This document shows, in pieces, positions 60,252-64,000 of a stretch of 64,000 nucleotides of DNA. Source of the stretch: Macrostomum hystrix. Its lineage: Eukaryota; Animalia; Platyhelminthes. Position numbers and translations under genes: made by a program. The stretch's first letter is position 1; each line of letters begins with the position of its first letter. Below the pieces are notes generated by a model. It made no database searches and was not told the origin of the DNA. It saw nothing but the letters and a program-made list of their open reading frames with translations. The stretch is from assembly GCA_950097015.1 (NCBI GenBank), contig CATNEN010000007.1, forward strand, positions 620,001-684,000, written 5' to 3'.

Positions 60252-61954
60252 ATGTTCTCAACACTGTCTGCAGGTCGCAGGTATCCTGGCTCCATAGCAC
60301 ACAGGCACAAGGACATCACGTTTGGCAAGATCGCTGTTGGCGTGGCCAAAGGCACCGCCATGATAGGTAAGCTGCCTATAGGAGACTGCTGTGATTTTGA
60401 CACTTCTCACAAATGTGAGAGGATGTGGGACGGAAATGAGATAAAGGAGAGAGGATGTGGAAGAGAGATGGGATAAACGAAAGAGGATTTGGGAGAGAAA
60501 TAGGATAAAGGTGAATGGATGTGGGACGGAGATGGGATAAAGGAGAGAGGATGTGGGAGGGAGATGGGTGGGATAAAGGAAAGAGGATGTGGGACGGAGA
60601 TGGGATAAAGGAGAGAGGATGTGGGATGGAGATGGGATAAAGGAGAGAGGATCTGGGAGAGAAATGGGAGAAAGGTGAAATGATGTGCGAGACAGAGAGG
60701 ATAAAGAATAGAGAATGTATGGGAGAAACGGGATAAAAATGAGAGGATGTTGAGGGAGACGGGAAAGGGTGAGAAAAGGGATTGTGATGTGAGAGAGAGG
60801 AAAATAGAACAGAAGTGATAAGGGAATCGGTTATAAAGGTAGTGAGAGTGGAAGGAACATTGAAAGAAGTAAGCAGATGTCTGTAGATTGTCAGGCATTT
60901 GATTAGCAGCTTGCAGATATGGGAATATGGAAATTCAGAGTAAAGTTTAAGTACAGTTAAATCAGTATTTAAAACCAGATTTGCGATACCCTGGCCTGTT
61001 CAATTCAGTGACAAGTCTAATAATAGAAGCAGGCCGCAGTGTTGGAAAGCCTAGACACATAGACGACCCAACCCAACAGAAATAACGTTGAGCAAATTTT
61101 TTCGGCAAACTCAATTTCACTGAGTGTGTGCCCAGGATCAAAATAGGCTCAATCTGCCCAGATCAATGGACAGAAATTTTATTCCCTTCCTAAACACCTT
61201 CCCCCTTATTGAAGACTGAAGCATTGTTATAGTATTGTGTTGTAGCGAGCCAGAACCAGAACTTGCTGAGTCTTTGGAGGACTTTGGAAGGAAAAAAAGT
61301 GGACTTTTGAAGGCTAGATGCGGGGAAACTGGGAAGAATAGATGGGATGGGATCGCGATGAAGACTTCCTAGCCCCTAGCCTATTGAGAGAGGGAGAGAG
61401 AGAGTAATAGAAGACTGGTAAGAAACCAGTACCATCATCATCTCTAAGGCCTCAACGTTAGCAGGTCATTAGTCCTGCAGCCAGGGGTCTCCGTGGAATT
61501 CTGAATAGTTGCGAGTTTAGAATTGGCCAGAGCGCGGTGACAGTTATAATTCTGCTCTGTGTGTACTTTCTAATTCTAGCAAAACCAATGTTAAAGTTTT
61601 GTAACTATCCACGCTTTCTTTACTTTCTATATATAGATATAAGCTTGTAAAACTGTAAACTGTAAACAGTAAACAGTAAACTGTAAGCTGTAATTTCCGC
61701 AGTGATCGGTGTGCCAGTCTGCACCATAGCAGCTGGACTAGGAGCCACAGCCATTGTGGCCTACGGCCTAGCCAGCCCATTTTACTACGGCGGCCGAAAG
61801 CTTGTTCGAAAAATTCGGCGGCATCGCATTCAGCGTCGCGAGGAGCTACTGGCTGCCGATGGCAACGCGGCGGCGGCTGCGACTGCGGCTGCTGATCGCC
61901 TCACAAGAGAAGATATTCTCATCTGGTTGGAGAACTGCGACGATTCGGACTCTT
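60252..61954 (+). CDS. Partial membrane-anchored protein; exons 60252 (or 60274)-60366 and 61703-61954; ends uncertain; weakly resembles the C-terminal TM tail of RNF217/RNF144-type RBR ligases
   Basis: Phase-1 GT-AG junction gives FGKIAVGVAKGTAMIVIGVPVCTIAAGLGATAIVAYGLASPFYYGGRKLVRKIRRHR (hydrophobic helix plus basic flank). Confidence 0.45.
60420..60800. repeat. Purine-rich degenerate repeat (GGGATAAAGGAGAGAGGATGT), intronic
   Basis: Recurrent units. Similar purine/pyrimidine tracts occur at 43110-43830 and 50225-50420. Confidence 0.8.
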
Positions 61955-61989
61955 GTGAGCGAAAATATCCCTACTACTCACTTCTCTTT

Positions 61990-62560
61990 CGTCTCCCCTT
62001 ACTTCTCTTCCCTCCCCCTCTCCCCTTTCCACTCTTCCCTTTCCTCTCTCCCCTTTACCCTCTTCCCTTCCCCTCTCCCCTTTCCTCACTTCCCTTCCCC
62101 TCTCCCCTTTCCTCTCTTCCCTTTCCTCTCTTCCCTTCCCCTCTCCCCTTTCCTCTCTTCCCTTTCCTCTCTCCCCTTTACCCTCTCCCCTTTCCTCTCT
62201 TCCCTTTCCTCTCTTCCCTTTCCTCTCTTCCCTTCCCCTCTCCCCTTTCCTCTCTTCCCTTCCCCTCTCCCCTTTCCTCTCTTCCCTTTCCTCTCTCCCT
62301 TTCCTCTCTTCCCTTCCCCTCTCCCTTTCCTCTCTTCCCTTTACCTTTTCCCCTTTCCTCTCTTCCTTCCCCTCTGCCCTTCATTTCCTATCTCTCCACC
62401 CTCTCTTCCCCTTCCACTCTCCCCTTTTCTCTCTTCACCTTCCTCTCTCCATTTCCTCTTCTTCTTCCTCTCCCGTTTAGTCTCTTCAGATTTCCCCTCT
62501 ACCCTTCCTCTTCCCTTTTTACTCCACTATCCTCCCCCTATTCTTTTCCTTTTTTATATT
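61990..62560. repeat. Polypyrimidine (CT-rich) low-complexity tract
   Basis: Repeats of TTCCCTTCCCCTCTCCCCTTTCCTCTC. The overlapping long ORFs are by-products. Confidence 0.9.
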
Positions 62561-63237
62561 GCCACCTTTTTTATATTACGGACAAGAATTGCCTCTGCGT
62601 TGATTTTTATTATTTGGTTTAATTTTTTTCGCAGCGAATTTCGCAGTTAAACCCCACAATAGGAGCACAGCTCGCAAATCAGTTGAAAACAAAGATAAAA
62701 AAGATTTCCCGTCATCAATTGTTGAACTGCTTCGCTCTTTCCGGCAATTTTTTGACGTCGGCTTAAAAAGTCCAAAGAGGACAATAAATTAATTTATACA
62801 TTTCTCTACCGGTATATGCCTTCAAAAAGTATGTTTCTGTATTACACCCTCCCCTTACTAACACAGATAGGAAAAATGAAACTGGTTAGCAGAAGCAGCT
62901 GCAAGTGCGTCGCACTAGTATCTTATCTGTACATCCAAAATGCTTTCTTCTCTGGTGTGTTTCGTGGAGGTCAACATTTTTATTCATGACTTGGCTTATT
63001 AATTTTGACATTTTTCTTTGCGGAAAAGTTCCCTATTTTGGTCAAATCCTCATCCTGACCTATCTCTCATTCTTCCCACTCGTCGGGGACACTTGCTACG
63101 TGTGAGGATTTAAATAGAAGCTTGATTCGGAATTTTTGTTTTCTACTGCGTTCAAACTTTCGTCGATGATTGCTGAATCGATATCATGTAAAAATTCTGA
63201 TAGATAGACAAACGGCTATACAATAGGACAAACATAT

Positions 63238-64000
63238 CCCTGAATCTCATTCTTCAGATCTTTATAGATCCCTGAGTCTCGTTCTTCAGATCTTTATAGA
63301 TCCCTGAATCTCATTCTTCAGATCTTTATAGATCCCTGAATCTCATTCTTCAGATCTTTATAGATCCCTGAATCTCATTCTTCAGATCTTTGTAGATCCC
63401 AGAATCTCATTCTTCAGATCTTTATAGATCCCAGAATCTCATTCTTCAGATCTTTATAGATCCCTAAATCTCATTCTTCAGATCTTTATAGATCCCTAAA
63501 TCTCATTCTTCAGATCTTTATAGATCCCTGAATCTCATTCTTCAGATCTTTATAGATCCCAGAGTCTCGTTCTTCAGATCTTTATAGATCCCTAAATCTC
63601 ATTCTTCAGATCTTTATAGATCCCTGAATCTCATTCTTCAGATCTTTATACATCCCTGAGTCTCGTTCTTCAGATCTTTATAGATCCCTAAATCTCATTC
63701 TTCAGATCTTTATAGATCCCTAAATCTCATTCTTCAGATCTTTATAGATCCCTGAATCTCATTCTTCAGATCTTTATAGATCCCTAAATCTCATTCTTCA
63801 GATCTTTATAGATCCCTGAATCTCATTCTTCAGATTTTTATAGATCCCTGAGTCTCATTCTTCAGATCTTTATAGATCCCTGAATCTCATTCTTCAGATC
63901 TATATAGACCCCTGAATCTCATTCTTCAGATCTTTATAGATCCCTGAATCTCATTCTTCAGATCATTTATAGATCCCTGAATCTCATTCTTCAGATCATT
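63238..64000. repeat. 32-bp minisatellite TCTCATTCTTCAGATCTTTATAGATCCCTGAA, runs off the window end
   Basis: About 24 copies. Confidence 0.96.

Overview
Eukaryotic, animal genomic DNA with spliceosomal GT-AG introns, GC-rich exons and minisatellite-filled introns. The style resembles a free-living flatworm such as Macrostomum (inference only). Recognisable host genes: the 3' part of DRC1 (+), an intronless divergent ITPA/HAM1 (+), PDCD4 (+), a cytospin/SPECC1-like gene (-), EPT1/SELENOI-like (-) and HYOU1/GRP170 (-). There is also a convergent pair of orphan 2-TM paralogues, a polyQ ORF and a small membrane-anchored gene fragment. Mobile DNA: two TIR elements with CCC...GGG termini (EnSpm/CMC-like, no transposase), a dead mariner split by one of them, a decayed LINE, two tRNA-derived SINE families and about 20 tandem arrays. 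Top observation: the 4.9-kb CCC-TIR element in SPECC1 intron 2 (17918-22842) encodes a CtIP/Sae2 C-terminal-like module (CxxC...PAEEREK...RHR). Canonical splice sites can join this module in frame to a coiled-coil plus BEN-like DNA-binding protein, suggesting a transposon-borne DNA-end-processing cofactor. Other leads are a duplicated alternative terminal exon of HYOU1 lacking the ER-retention signal and an ITPase with a rewired base-recognition pocket. All homology calls come from motif recognition and recalled reference sequences; no database searches were run.
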